Origin: an uncultured delta proteobacterium
Lineage (GTDB): Bacteria > Myxococcota > Myxococcia > Myxococcales > Anaeromyxobacteraceae
Assembly: GCA_963845515.1 (NCBI GenBank)
Contig: CAWJSR010000029.1
Location: 224,001 to 288,000 of the forward strand
Length of the DNA stretch: 64,000 nucleotides
Direction of reading: 5' to 3'
Of this stretch, positions 11,533-21,967 are shown in pieces. The notes beneath the pieces are model-generated. The model had not been told where the DNA came from, searched no databases, and worked only from the letters and a program-made list of their open reading frames with translations. Numbering within the stretch: the stretch's first letter is position 1; the number at the start of each line of letters is the position of its first letter. The position numbers were made by a program, and so were the translations under genes.

Positions 11533-13605
11533 CTATTCCTCGACCCCCTTGACCTTGCCCTCCGAGCGCCGCCTCTCGATGATCTTCTGGGCGATCGGGG
11601 GCGGGACCGGCTCGTAGTGAGAGGACGCCATCGTGAAGTACCCGACGCCTTGCGTGAGGGAGCGGAGGTCCGCGTCGTAGCTCATCGCCTCGGCGTGCGG
11701 GCAGAGCGCCTTGATCACGACGCCGCGCACCGCCGGCTCCATCCCCTGCACCTTGGCGCGCCGGCTGTTGAGGTCACCCATCACGGCGCCGACGTACTCC
11801 TCCGGGACGCGCACCTCGAGGCTCATGATCGGCTCGAGGAGGATCGGGCGCGCCTCCATGACCGCCTTCTTGAAGGCCATCGAGCCGGCGACCTGGAACG
11901 CCATGTCCGAGCTGTCGACGTCGTGGTAGGTGCCGAAGACGAGCTTCGCCCTGAAGTCGACCACCTGGTAGCCGGCGAGCGGCCCGGCGCCGATGGCGCC
12001 GCGGATCCCCTTCTCCACGGAGGGGATGAACTGGCGCGGGATGGCGCCGCCGACGATCGCGTCCTCGAACTCGAAGCCGGCGCCGCGCGGGAGCGGCGAG
12101 AGCTCGACGTGCGCGTCGCCGTACTGGCCGTGACCGCCCGTCTGGCGCTTGAACTTGCCCTGCGCCTTGGCGGAGGCGGTGATGGTCTCCAGGTACGAGG
12201 GCGTCGGCGGCGCGAGCGCGATCTCCACGCCGTGCTTCCGCTTCACGCGCTCCACCGTGACCTCGATGTGCGCCTGCCCCATCCCCATGATGAGGAGCTC
12301 GGCCGTGTCCGGGTTCCGCACCAGCTCCAGCGAGGGGTCCTCCTCGATGAGCTTGTGCAGCGCCGCCGCGGCCTTGTCGTCGCCCGCCTTGGCATGCACC
12401 GCGAAGGCGACCGGGCGGGAGTGCTGCTTGAACTCGGGCAGCAGGATCGGCACGTCGCGATCGCAGAGCGAGTCGCCGGTGCGAGCGTCCTTCAGCTTGA
12501 GCAGCACGACGAACTCGCCGGGTCCGGCCTCGGTCACCTCGACCGTCTGGGCACCGTCGGTGCGGTACAGGTGGGCCACCCGCTCCTCGGCGCGGCTGCG
12601 CGGGTTCATGAGCACGCCGTCGGACTTGAGCGTGCCCGAGAAGACGCGCAGGTAGTCTATCCGCCCAGCGTAGTGGTCGATCGTGGTCTTGAAGACCTGC
12701 GCGCTGAAGGGGGCGTCTGGCGCAGCGCTCCGCTCCGTCTCTCGGCCGGCCAGATCCCTTCCCAGCACCTTGCGGGCTTCCGGGCCAGGGAGGATCCGGA
12801 CCGTCAGCTCGAGCAGCTCGCGGACGCCGATCCCGGCCTTGGCCGCGACGCAGGCGATCGGGAGGAACTTCTGGGCGCGCGCACCCGCGGCGAGCCCGCG
12901 GTAGATCTCCTCCTCGGTGAGCGCCGCGCCGTCGAGGTACTTGCCGAGCAGCTCGTCGTCCGACTCGGCCGCCGCCTCCAGCAGCGCCGTCCTGAGCCGC
13001 TCCGCCTCGGGCTTCAGGGCGGCCGGCACCACGACCTCCGTCCACCTCGCGAAGCTCTTCGCGTCGGCCAGGTGCAACTTCATGGTCACCAGATCCACGA
13101 TCCCCGTGCAGCCCGGCCCGGCGCCGAAAGGCAGGTGGAGCGCGACCGGGCGGACCTTGAGCGACGCCTCGACGTCGCCGAGGGCCTTGCCGAAGTCGGC
13201 GCCGTCCCCGTCGATGCGGGTGAGGACACCGATCGCGGGCACGCCCGCCTCTGCGAGCACGTCGAAGGTCCGCTCGGCGCGGTTGTGGACGCCATCGACC
13301 GCCGAGACGGCCAGGAGCGCCCCATCGGTCACCTGGAGCGCCCACTCGACCTCGGCGAGGAAGGCGCTGAAGCCCGGGCAGTCGAGGACGTTGAAGAGAC
13401 GGCCGCTCTCCTCGAAGGTCTCGGGGTGGAGCGAGAGCGTGAAGTTCCGCTTCTTCTCCTCGGGCTCGGCGTCGAGCCGCGAGCTGGATCCCTCGGGGCT
13501 GGCGCGCTTGGGGTCGGCGGCTCGGAGCAGGGCCTCGACGAGGGCGGTCTTGCCGGCGCCGTCGGCGCCGAGCATCGAGAAGGTGCGGATCACGCGGTTG
13601 GCCAT
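11533..13605 (-). CDS. elongation factor G-like paralog (divergent EF-G2)
   Basis: 690 aa with all EF-G domains: EEDPSL, MGQAHI, QTGGHGQYG, HDVDSS, LLEPIM, DLRSLTQG; altered GTPase motifs. Confidence 0.9.
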   Translation of the reverse strand: MANRVIRTFSMLGADGAGKTALVEALLRAADPKRASPEGSSSRLDAEPEEKKRNFTLSLHPETFEESGRLFNVLDCPGFSAFLAEVEWALQVTDGALLAVSAVDGVHNRAERTFDVLAEAGVPAIGVLTRIDGDGADFGKALGDVEASLKVRPVALHLPFGAGPGCTGIVDLVTMKLHLADAKSFARWTEVVVPAALKPEAERLRTALLEAAAESDDELLGKYLDGAALTEEEIYRGLAAGARAQKFLPIACVAAKAGIGVRELLELTVRILPGPEARKVLGRDLAGRETERSAAPDAPFSAQVFKTTIDHYAGRIDYLRVFSGTLKSDGVLMNPRSRAEERVAHLYRTDGAQTVEVTEAGPGEFVVLLKLKDARTGDSLCDRDVPILLPEFKQHSRPVAFAVHAKAGDDKAAAALHKLIEEDPSLELVRNPDTAELLIMGMGQAHIEVTVERVKRKHGVEIALAPPTPSYLETITASAKAQGKFKRQTGGHGQYGDAHVELSPLPRGAGFEFEDAIVGGAIPRQFIPSVEKGIRGAIGAGPLAGYQVVDFRAKLVFGTYHDVDSSDMAFQVAGSMAFKKAVMEARPILLEPIMSLEVRVPEEYVGAVMGDLNSRRAKVQGMEPAVRGVVIKALCPHAEAMSYDADLRSLTQGVGYFTMASSHYEPVPPPIAQKIIERRRSEGKVKGVEE

Positions 13606-13682
13606 GGTTGGTGTTCTCCGATTCGCCTAGTCTGCAACGGAGGGCGGCCGCGCGCCACGGCTGATTTGCGGTGGAGCCGCGG

Positions 13683-14336
13683 TCAGCCGTGCAGGAACGT
13701 CCCGGGCAGGGCCTCGCCTACCCCGTCCATCATGAACTGAATGGCGACCGCGACCAGCAGGAGCCCCGCCGCCCGCTCCACGATGGCGAGGGCGCTCCGG
13801 CCCAGGACACGCTCCGTGCGCGCCGCGCCCGAGAGGATCAGCCAGGTCGCGAAGCAGGTCACGGCGATGGCGAGCAGGACCGGCAGGGCCTGCCAGCGGC
13901 CGTGATCGTGGGTGCGGGACATCAGGACTATGGCGGTCGCGATCGACCCGGGGCCGGCGAGGAGCGGCATGGCGAGCGGGACGATGGCGGGATCGTCCTT
14001 CTCCGCCCCCGCCGCAACCTCCACGTCGGTGATGCGCGCCTTGGACGGCTGGGTCCGGATCATGTCGAGCGCGATGAGGAGCAGGACGACGCCGCCGGCC
14101 ACCTTGAACGCCGCGAGGGTGACCCCGAGCCAGGAGAGGATGGACGCGCCTGCGAGCGCGAAGAAGGCCAGGACGACGAAGGCGGTCACCGAGGCGCGGA
14201 GCGCCGCGTTGCGCCTGGTCGCCACCGTGTCGCCGCGGGTCACGGCCAGGAAGAACGGGACCGCGGCGATCGGGTCGACGACGAAGAAGAGCGCCGAGAG
14301 CGCGACCAGGAAGCTGCTGGTGACCTCGGCGAGCAC
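13683..14336 (-). CDS. MarC family membrane protein
   Basis: LFFVVDP, AFKVAGG, IVPLAMPLLAGPGSI motifs. Confidence 0.9.
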   Translation of the reverse strand: MLAEVTSSFLVALSALFFVVDPIAAVPFFLAVTRGDTVATRRNAALRASVTAFVVLAFFALAGASILSWLGVTLAAFKVAGGVVLLLIALDMIRTQPSKARITDVEVAAGAEKDDPAIVPLAMPLLAGPGSIATAIVLMSRTHDHGRWQALPVLLAIAVTCFATWLILSGAARTERVLGRSALAIVERAAGLLLVAVAIQFMMDGVGEALPGTFLHG

Positions 14337-14350
14337 TGCCCGTTCCCCCT

Positions 14351-15067
14351 TTACGCGCCGAACCCCGAGAACCGGATCGACCAGACCTTGCGCACGGCCT
14401 CCAGCAGGATTCGGCGCGACATCTTCGAATGGCCGACACGGCGGTCCTCGAACACGATCGGGAGCTCCAGGACGCGAAAACCCTTGCGCACGGCCCGGTA
14501 GGTCAGCTCGATCTGGAAGGCGTACCCGGTGCACTCCACCGTCGGCAGATCGATCGCCTCCAGCACCTCGCGCCTGAAGCACTTGAAGCCACCGGTCAGG
14601 TCGCGGATCCGGAGCCCCAGGACGGTCCTCGCGTAGAGGCTCCCGCCACGCGAGATGAGCTTCCTGCCGGCCCCCCAGTTCACGGTTCCGCCACCGTCCA
14701 CGTAGCGCGAGCCGAGCACCAGGTCGGCCCGCTCCGCAGCGGCCAGCATCGCCGGGAGGTACCTCGGGTCGTGGGAGAAGTCGCAGTCCATCTCGAGCAC
14801 CAGGCCGTAGTCGCGAGCGAGCGCCCACGAGAACGCCGCGAGGTAGGCCCTCCCCAGCCCCTCCTTGCCGGCCCGGTGGAGGACCTTCACCCGCGAGTCG
14901 GCGGCGGCCAGCTGGTCGGCGATCTTCCCGGTTCCATCGGGCGAGTTGTCGTCCACCACCAGGATGTCGACCATCGGCGCGGAGGCGAGGATCGCCGCGA
15001 CCATCGGGCGGAGGTTCTCCGCCTCGTCGTAGGTGGGCAGGCAGACGAGCGGCTTGCGTGCGTTCAT
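14351..15067 (-). CDS. polyprenol monophosphomannose synthase-like glycosyltransferase family 2
   Basis: LPTYDEAENL, VDDNSPDGT, MDCDFSHDP, DLTGGFKCFR, GYAFQIE. Confidence 0.9.
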   Translation of the reverse strand: MNARKPLVCLPTYDEAENLRPMVAAILASAPMVDILVVDDNSPDGTGKIADQLAAADSRVKVLHRAGKEGLGRAYLAAFSWALARDYGLVLEMDCDFSHDPRYLPAMLAAAERADLVLGSRYVDGGGTVNWGAGRKLISRGGSLYARTVLGLRIRDLTGGFKCFRREVLEAIDLPTVECTGYAFQIELTYRAVRKGFRVLELPIVFEDRRVGHSKMSRRILLEAVRKVWSIRFSGFGA

Positions 15068-16200
15068 GACGAGAGCACCCCGGCTACCTCCTCCGCGACG
15101 CGGAGCGGCGCCCCTGGTTCGCCGAGCGATCCCCTGACCTCGCGCAGCCCGGCGAGCTGCGCATCGCGCGCGGGACCGTCGGCGAGGAGCACCTCCAGCT
15201 CGGCGGCCATCCGCTCGGCGCTCGCCTCCCTCTGGAGCAGCTCCGGGACCACCTTGCGCCCGGCCAGCAGGTTGACCAGCGAGAACCAGGCGATCTTCAC
15301 GAGCAGGCGCCCCACGAAGTAGGTGAGCCAGGAGACCCGGTAGACCACGATCATCGGGCGAAGCATCAGCGCCGCCTCCAGCGTGGAGGTGCCGCTCTTG
15401 ACGATGGCGCCGTCGCTGGCCCCCACGACCTCGGCCGTTTGGCCGTCGACCAGCGTCACGTCGAGCCCAGGATGCTCGGCCAGGTGGGCGGAGAGCTGCG
15501 AGCGTGAGAGGGTCGGCGCGACCGGGACCACGAACCTGGCGCCTGGGTGGCTTGCGAGGAGCCTCTCGGCGGCCCCCAGCATGTGCGGGAAGATGCGGGC
15601 GATCTCGCTGGGGCGGCTCCCGGGGACCAGCGCAAAGGTGGGGCCCCCTGCGGGTATCCCGAGCGCGGCGCGGTAGGACTCGGGCGCTGAGGGCGGGGGC
15701 TTCTCGGCGAACGGATGGCCCACGAAGCGCGCCGCGACCCCCGTCCCCTCGTAGGCCTTCGGCTCGAAGGGGAGGATGCAGAGCATGCGGTCGACCACCT
15801 TGGCGATCTTCCTCGCGCGGCCGCTGCGCCAGGCCCAGATGGTGGGCGACACGTAGTAAACGACCTTGATCCCCAACCTCTTGAGCTTGGCGGCGAGCCG
15901 CAGGTTGAAGTCGGGGAGGTCCACGAGGAGCGCGACCCGCGGCCGCCGCTCCTCGGCAGCCCGCCCGAGGCCGCGCAGGATGGCCAGGATCCTCGGGATG
16001 CGCGGGAGCACCTCGCCGAGCCCCATCACGCATATCTCCTCGGCCGGGTACAGCGCGTCCAGCCCCGCGCCGCGGAGCGCCGGACCGCCGACGCCGAAGG
16101 CGGTCACCCCTGGACGGAGCCTCCGCAGCTCTTCCAGCGCGCGCGCAGCGTGCAGGTCGGCGCTCGCCTCGCCGGCGACGATGAGGATCTCGTCGGACAC
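15064..16200 (-). CDS. lpxB: lipid-A-disaccharide synthase
   Basis: VAGEASAD, DLPDFN, YVSPTIWAWR, ILPFE, FVGHP, PGSRPSE, SGTSTLE, PELLQ. Confidence 0.95.
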   Translation of the reverse strand: MSDEILIVAGEASADLHAARALEELRRLRPGVTAFGVGGPALRGAGLDALYPAEEICVMGLGEVLPRIPRILAILRGLGRAAEERRPRVALLVDLPDFNLRLAAKLKRLGIKVVYYVSPTIWAWRSGRARKIAKVVDRMLCILPFEPKAYEGTGVAARFVGHPFAEKPPPSAPESYRAALGIPAGGPTFALVPGSRPSEIARIFPHMLGAAERLLASHPGARFVVPVAPTLSRSQLSAHLAEHPGLDVTLVDGQTAEVVGASDGAIVKSGTSTLEAALMLRPMIVVYRVSWLTYFVGRLLVKIAWFSLVNLLAGRKVVPELLQREASAERMAAELEVLLADGPARDAQLAGLREVRGSLGEPGAPLRVAEEVAGVLSS

Positions 16201-16415
16201 GATGCGTGGGCTTATAGCACGCGGGCGGCGATCCCGACCGCGGACGAGCCCCATCCGCGCCGCCCCTGGCGCCTCCATCGGTGTTGACTGATGGGCACCT
16301 GAAAGGGGTTTGCGATGCGGCCCGGCTCCCAGAAGGGGAGCACCCGACCGGGCGCGGCAGCGCCCCGGGGGGCCGTTAAGCGACCATCGTTCGCCGAGAG
16401 CGCTAGGAGGCATCG

Positions 16416-17747
16416 ATGGCGCGGAACAGGTCGCGAGGTCTCACTCGCAGGGAGTTCATCAAGGCTGCGGGCGTGGGAGCGCTCGCCGCGGGCGTCTCGG
16501 GCGCGATCCCGGTGCGCGCCAGGGCGCAGGAGAAGACGCTCCGGATCATACAGTGGAGCCACTTCGTCCCCGGCTACGACAAGTGGTTCGACGAGAAGTT
16601 CACGCGCGAGTGGGGAGAGAAGAACGGCACCCGGGTGGTCGTCGACCACATCTCGATAGGCGAGATCAACGCCCGCGCCGCGGCCGAGGCGTCGGCCGAG
16701 AGCGGCCACGACCTCTTCATGTTCCTCTCGCCGCCAGCCGCGTACGCCGACAAGGCCATCGACCACACCGAGATCTACCAGGAGGTCGAGAAGCGCCACG
16801 GCAAGGCGATCGACCTCGCCCACAAGTCCACGTACAGCCCCAGGACCAGGAAGTACTTCGCCTTCTCCGACTCCTACGTCCCGGACCCCGGCGACTATCG
16901 CCAGGACCTGTTCGCCCAGGTCGGCTTCCCCAACGGCCCGGACACTTGGGAGGACCTGCGCAAGGGGGCGAAGGCGATCCGTGAGAAGTTCGGGAACCCG
17001 TGCGGCATCGGCCTCTCGCAGGAGCTCGACACCAACATGGCGATGCGCGCGCTGCTCTGGTCGTTCGGCGGCGCGGAGCAGACGCCCGACGGCGCCCCCG
17101 CCATCGACTCGAAGGCGACGCGGGAGGCGCTCAAGTTCATGCGAGCGCTCCACAAGGAGTCCCAGACGTCCGAGGTCTTCACCTGGGACCCGTCCGCCAA
17201 CAACCGGGCGATCCTGGCGGGCAAGGTCTCGTTCGTGCTCAACGCGATCTCGGTGACCCGCACGGCCGAGAAGGACAACCCCGAGATGTCGTCGAAGATC
17301 CAGATCGTGCCGGCGCTCAAGGGGCCGGTCCGCAGGCTCGCGGCCGAGCACGTGATGGACTGCTACGTCATCTGGAAGTTTGCCAAGAACGCGGAGGGGG
17401 CGAAGAGGTTCCTCGTCGACTACATCGACGCCTTCCGCGAGGCCTTCCTGGCGAGCGAGTTCTACAACTTCCCCTGCTTCCCCAGCACCGTCCCCGACCT
17501 CGGCAAGATCATCTCGAATGACCCGAAGGGGAGCCCGCCGGACAAGTACAAGGTCCTCGGCAACGTGCTTGAGTGGGCGACCAACGTCGGCTATCCGGGC
17601 TACGCAACCCCCGCCATCGACGAGATCTTCAACACGTTCGTGATCCCGACCATGTTCGCCAAGGTCGCGCGGGACGAGCTCTCGGTGGACGACGCGGTGC
17701 GCGCGGCCGACAAGGAGATACGGCGCATCATCGGCAAGTGGAAGTAG
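16416..17747 (+). CDS. carbohydrate ABC transporter substrate-binding protein (Tat signal)
   Basis: TRREFIK twin-arginine signal; family-1 solute-binding pattern; followed by ATPase and two permeases. Confidence 0.88.
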   Translation: MARNRSRGLTRREFIKAAGVGALAAGVSGAIPVRARAQEKTLRIIQWSHFVPGYDKWFDEKFTREWGEKNGTRVVVDHISIGEINARAAAEASAESGHDLFMFLSPPAAYADKAIDHTEIYQEVEKRHGKAIDLAHKSTYSPRTRKYFAFSDSYVPDPGDYRQDLFAQVGFPNGPDTWEDLRKGAKAIREKFGNPCGIGLSQELDTNMAMRALLWSFGGAEQTPDGAPAIDSKATREALKFMRALHKESQTSEVFTWDPSANNRAILAGKVSFVLNAISVTRTAEKDNPEMSSKIQIVPALKGPVRRLAAEHVMDCYVIWKFAKNAEGAKRFLVDYIDAFREAFLASEFYNFPCFPSTVPDLGKIISNDPKGSPPDKYKVLGNVLEWATNVGYPGYATPAIDEIFNTFVIPTMFAKVARDELSVDDAVRAADKEIRRIIGKWK

Positions 17748-17761
17748 CGGCCGGTGATGCG

Positions 17762-18799
17762 ATGGCCGTCCTCGAGACCCGTCACCTCACCAAGACCTTC
17801 TTGCGCGGAGGAGCCGCCGCCGTCAGCGACGTCTCGCTCCGGAGCCTGGACGGCGAGTTCCTCGTCTTCCTCGGCCCCTCCGGGTCGGGGAAGACCACCC
17901 TGCTCCGGCTGATCGCGGGGCTGGAGGAGCCCACGGAGGGGGAGATCCTCATCGGCGAGCGCGTCGTCACCGACCTCTCGCCGCGCGAGCGGCGGATCGC
18001 GATGGTCTTCCAGAGCTACGCGCTCTACCCGCACCTCACCGTGGAGAGGAACATCTCGTTCCCCCTCGAGGCGCAGAAGGTGCCTCGGGGCGAGCACCGG
18101 AAGAAGGTGGAGTGGGCAGCGGAGCTGCTCGGGATCGGGCACCTCCTCCGACGCAAGCCGCGCGAGCTCTCGGGGGGCGAGCGCCAGCGCGTGGCGCTCG
18201 CCCGCGCCATCGTCCGCGAGCCGGCGCTCTTCCTCCTGGACGAGCCGCTCTCCAACCTCGACGCGAAGCTCCGCGCCTCGGCGCGCGAGGAGCTCGCCCG
18301 CTTCCACCGCAAGGCGGGGGCCACCGCCATCTACGTCACCCACGACCAGGTCGAGGCGATGGCGATGGGCGACCGGATCGTCGTGCTCCACGAGGGGCAG
18401 GTCCGCCAGGTCGGCGTGCCGCGGGAGGTCTACGACGAGCCGGCCGACACCTTCGTGGCCACCTTCCTCGGCTCGCCCCCGATGAACCTGCTGGCCCTGG
18501 GCGACCTCGTGGCCGGCGTGCGTCCGGAGCACCTCCTGCCGGCCGCGCTCGTCCCTGGGAGCCCGCTCCGCCTCCGCTTCCGCATCACCAACGTGGAGTA
18601 CCTGGGCTCGGAGCGGATCCTCTACGGCCGGCTGGAGGAGGGGCGCTTCGACGGCCCGGCGGTGTCGCGCATCTCCGCCTCGGTGGACGGGGCCTACGTC
18701 GTTGGGACCGCGCACGACTTCGCCGTGGACCAGCGCCTCGTGAAGTTCTTCGACCGCGCCAGCGGCAAGCGCGTGGCGTCGCTCCCGCCTGGGTGGTGA
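17762..18799 (+). CDS. carbohydrate ABC transporter ATP-binding protein (MalK-like)
   Basis: GPSGSGKTT, MVFQSYALYPH, LSGGERQRVA, DEPLSNLD, YVTHDQVEAM. Confidence 0.93.
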   Translation: MAVLETRHLTKTFLRGGAAAVSDVSLRSLDGEFLVFLGPSGSGKTTLLRLIAGLEEPTEGEILIGERVVTDLSPRERRIAMVFQSYALYPHLTVERNISFPLEAQKVPRGEHRKKVEWAAELLGIGHLLRRKPRELSGGERQRVALARAIVREPALFLLDEPLSNLDAKLRASAREELARFHRKAGATAIYVTHDQVEAMAMGDRIVVLHEGQVRQVGVPREVYDEPADTFVATFLGSPPMNLLALGDLVAGVRPEHLLPAALVPGSPLRLRFRITNVEYLGSERILYGRLEEGRFDGPAVSRISASVDGAYVVGTAHDFAVDQRLVKFFDRASGKRVASLPPGW

Positions 18800-18802
18800 G
18801 GG

Positions 18803-19702
18803 ATGACCCGGCGAGCAGGCACCGAGAGGCGGGCAGCGTGGCTCGGCGTCGCGATGTTCTCGCCGGCCATCGTCTACATCCTCGCGCTCGTGGGCGTCCC
18901 CTTCCTCATGGCCTTCGTCTACGCGTTGAGCGATGCGACCGTCGCGAGCGACGAGCTTCACTACGTGGGGCTGGAGAACTTCCGGAGCGTGCTCCAGAGC
19001 CCGACCTTCCACAGGTCCATCGTCAACAGCTTCGTCTTCACGGTCAGCACCCAGGCCCTGGTGCTGGTCGGGGCCACTATCCTCTCCGTCGCGCTGCGCA
19101 ACCACTTCCGCGGCCGGGGAGCGGTCCGCTTCCTCATCCTCCTCCCGTGGGTCGCCCCCATCTCGCTCGGCGCGATCGGCTGGAAGTGGATCCTCGACTC
19201 GATCTACAGCGTGGTGAACTGGTTCCTGGTCCGGCTGGGGCTCTTCGGCCCCTACGACGCCCCGATGTGGCTGGGCGAGCCGGCGCTGGCGATGCTCTCG
19301 GTCATCATGGTCCACACCTGGCGGATGCTCCCGTTCGCCACGGTGATCATGCTCGCCGGGCTCACCTCCATCCCCCGGGACATCGAGGACGCGGCGGCCG
19401 TGGACGGCGCCCGCTTCTTCCGGACGCTCTTCCAGATCACCATCCCGATGATGCTCCCCATCATCAACGTGGCGGTCCTGTTCGGCGTGATCTTCACCTT
19501 CACCGACATGACGGTGGTCTACATCCTCACCCGCGGCGGGCCGTACGACACGACGCAGGTCCTCCCCTCCCTCGCGTTCTTCACCGGCATCCTGGGGAGC
19601 GACCTGGCCGAGGGCGCGGCCGTCTCCCTCTTCCTCGTCCCGATCCTCGTGGTGGTGGCGGCGCTGATGCTCCGCGCCGCGCACCGGGCGGAGGTCACGT
19701 GA
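18803..19702 (+). CDS. carbohydrate ABC transporter permease
   Basis: Multiple TM segments, EDAAAVDGA loop, ILTRGGP. Confidence 0.92.
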   Translation: MTRRAGTERRAAWLGVAMFSPAIVYILALVGVPFLMAFVYALSDATVASDELHYVGLENFRSVLQSPTFHRSIVNSFVFTVSTQALVLVGATILSVALRNHFRGRGAVRFLILLPWVAPISLGAIGWKWILDSIYSVVNWFLVRLGLFGPYDAPMWLGEPALAMLSVIMVHTWRMLPFATVIMLAGLTSIPRDIEDAAAVDGARFFRTLFQITIPMMLPIINVAVLFGVIFTFTDMTVVYILTRGGPYDTTQVLPSLAFFTGILGSDLAEGAAVSLFLVPILVVVAALMLRAAHRAEVT

Positions 19703-20547
19703 CCCGCCGGCGCGCGCGGGCGCTCCTCAGGGCCGCCGGCCACCGGGCCGTCGTCGCGGCGTTCACGCTTGGGCTCGCCTTCCCGTTCATCTGGATGGCG
19801 ATCACGTCGTTCAAGCGCACGAGCGACCTCTACGACGTTCGGAACAATCCCTTCCTCTTCCACCAGCCGCCGACGCTCGAGCACCTCCGACTCCTCTTCG
19901 AGGACACGCTCTTCGCCCGCTGGTTCGTCAACTCCACCGTGGTCGGCATCGCGGTCGTCGCGGTGACGCTCCTCCTCTCGGTCCCCGCGGCCTACGCGCT
20001 GACGCGGCTCACCGGGCGCTGGGGGCAGCGGCTCGGCATCGGCGTCTTCCTCACCTACCTCGTCCCCCCCACGCTCCTCTTCATCCCGCTCTCGCGGCTC
20101 GTGGCCGAGCTGGGGCTGCAGGACTCCCTCTGGTCGATCATCCTCGTCTACCCGAGCTTCACGGTGCCGTTCTCCACCTGGCTCCTGATGGGCTTCTTCA
20201 AGTCCATCCCGCGCGACATCGAGGACGCTGCGCTCGTGGACGGCCTCACGCGCTTCGGCGCCTTCGTGCGGCTCGTGATCCCCATCTCCATCTCCGGGAT
20301 CCTGACCGTGGTGATCTTCAGCTTCACGCTCACGACCCAGGAGTTCGTCTACGCGCTCACGTTCATCTCCAGGGCCGAGCACCAGACCGTCGGCGTGGGC
20401 GTCCCCATCTTCCTGGTGCGCGGCGACGTCTACTACTGGGGCTCCCTGATGGCGGCCTGCCTGATCACCAGCCTGCCCATCGCCGCGGTCTACAACCTGT
20501 TCCTGGACCGCTTCATCGCCGGCTTCACGGTCGGCGCCGTGAAGTGA
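19699..20547 (+). CDS. carbohydrate ABC transporter permease
   Basis: FFKSIPRDIEDAALVDG loop, WGSLMAA; GTGA overlap with upstream permease. Confidence 0.92.
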   Translation: MTRRRARALLRAAGHRAVVAAFTLGLAFPFIWMAITSFKRTSDLYDVRNNPFLFHQPPTLEHLRLLFEDTLFARWFVNSTVVGIAVVAVTLLLSVPAAYALTRLTGRWGQRLGIGVFLTYLVPPTLLFIPLSRLVAELGLQDSLWSIILVYPSFTVPFSTWLLMGFFKSIPRDIEDAALVDGLTRFGAFVRLVIPISISGILTVVIFSFTLTTQEFVYALTFISRAEHQTVGVGVPIFLVRGDVYYWGSLMAACLITSLPIAAVYNLFLDRFIAGFTVGAVK

Positions 20548-20563
20548 GCCGCGCGGAGGCCAC

Positions 20564-21947
<1,384 letters not shown>

Positions 21948-21967
<20 letters not shown>

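Noticed and set aside
16270..16380. Possible riboswitch between lpxB and the sugar ABC operon (CTTTCAGG on the minus strand, hairpins)
   Set aside because: Lacks the GGAGA/CCGAAG core of glycine aptamers and the GEMM consensus; the orientation would serve lpxB.
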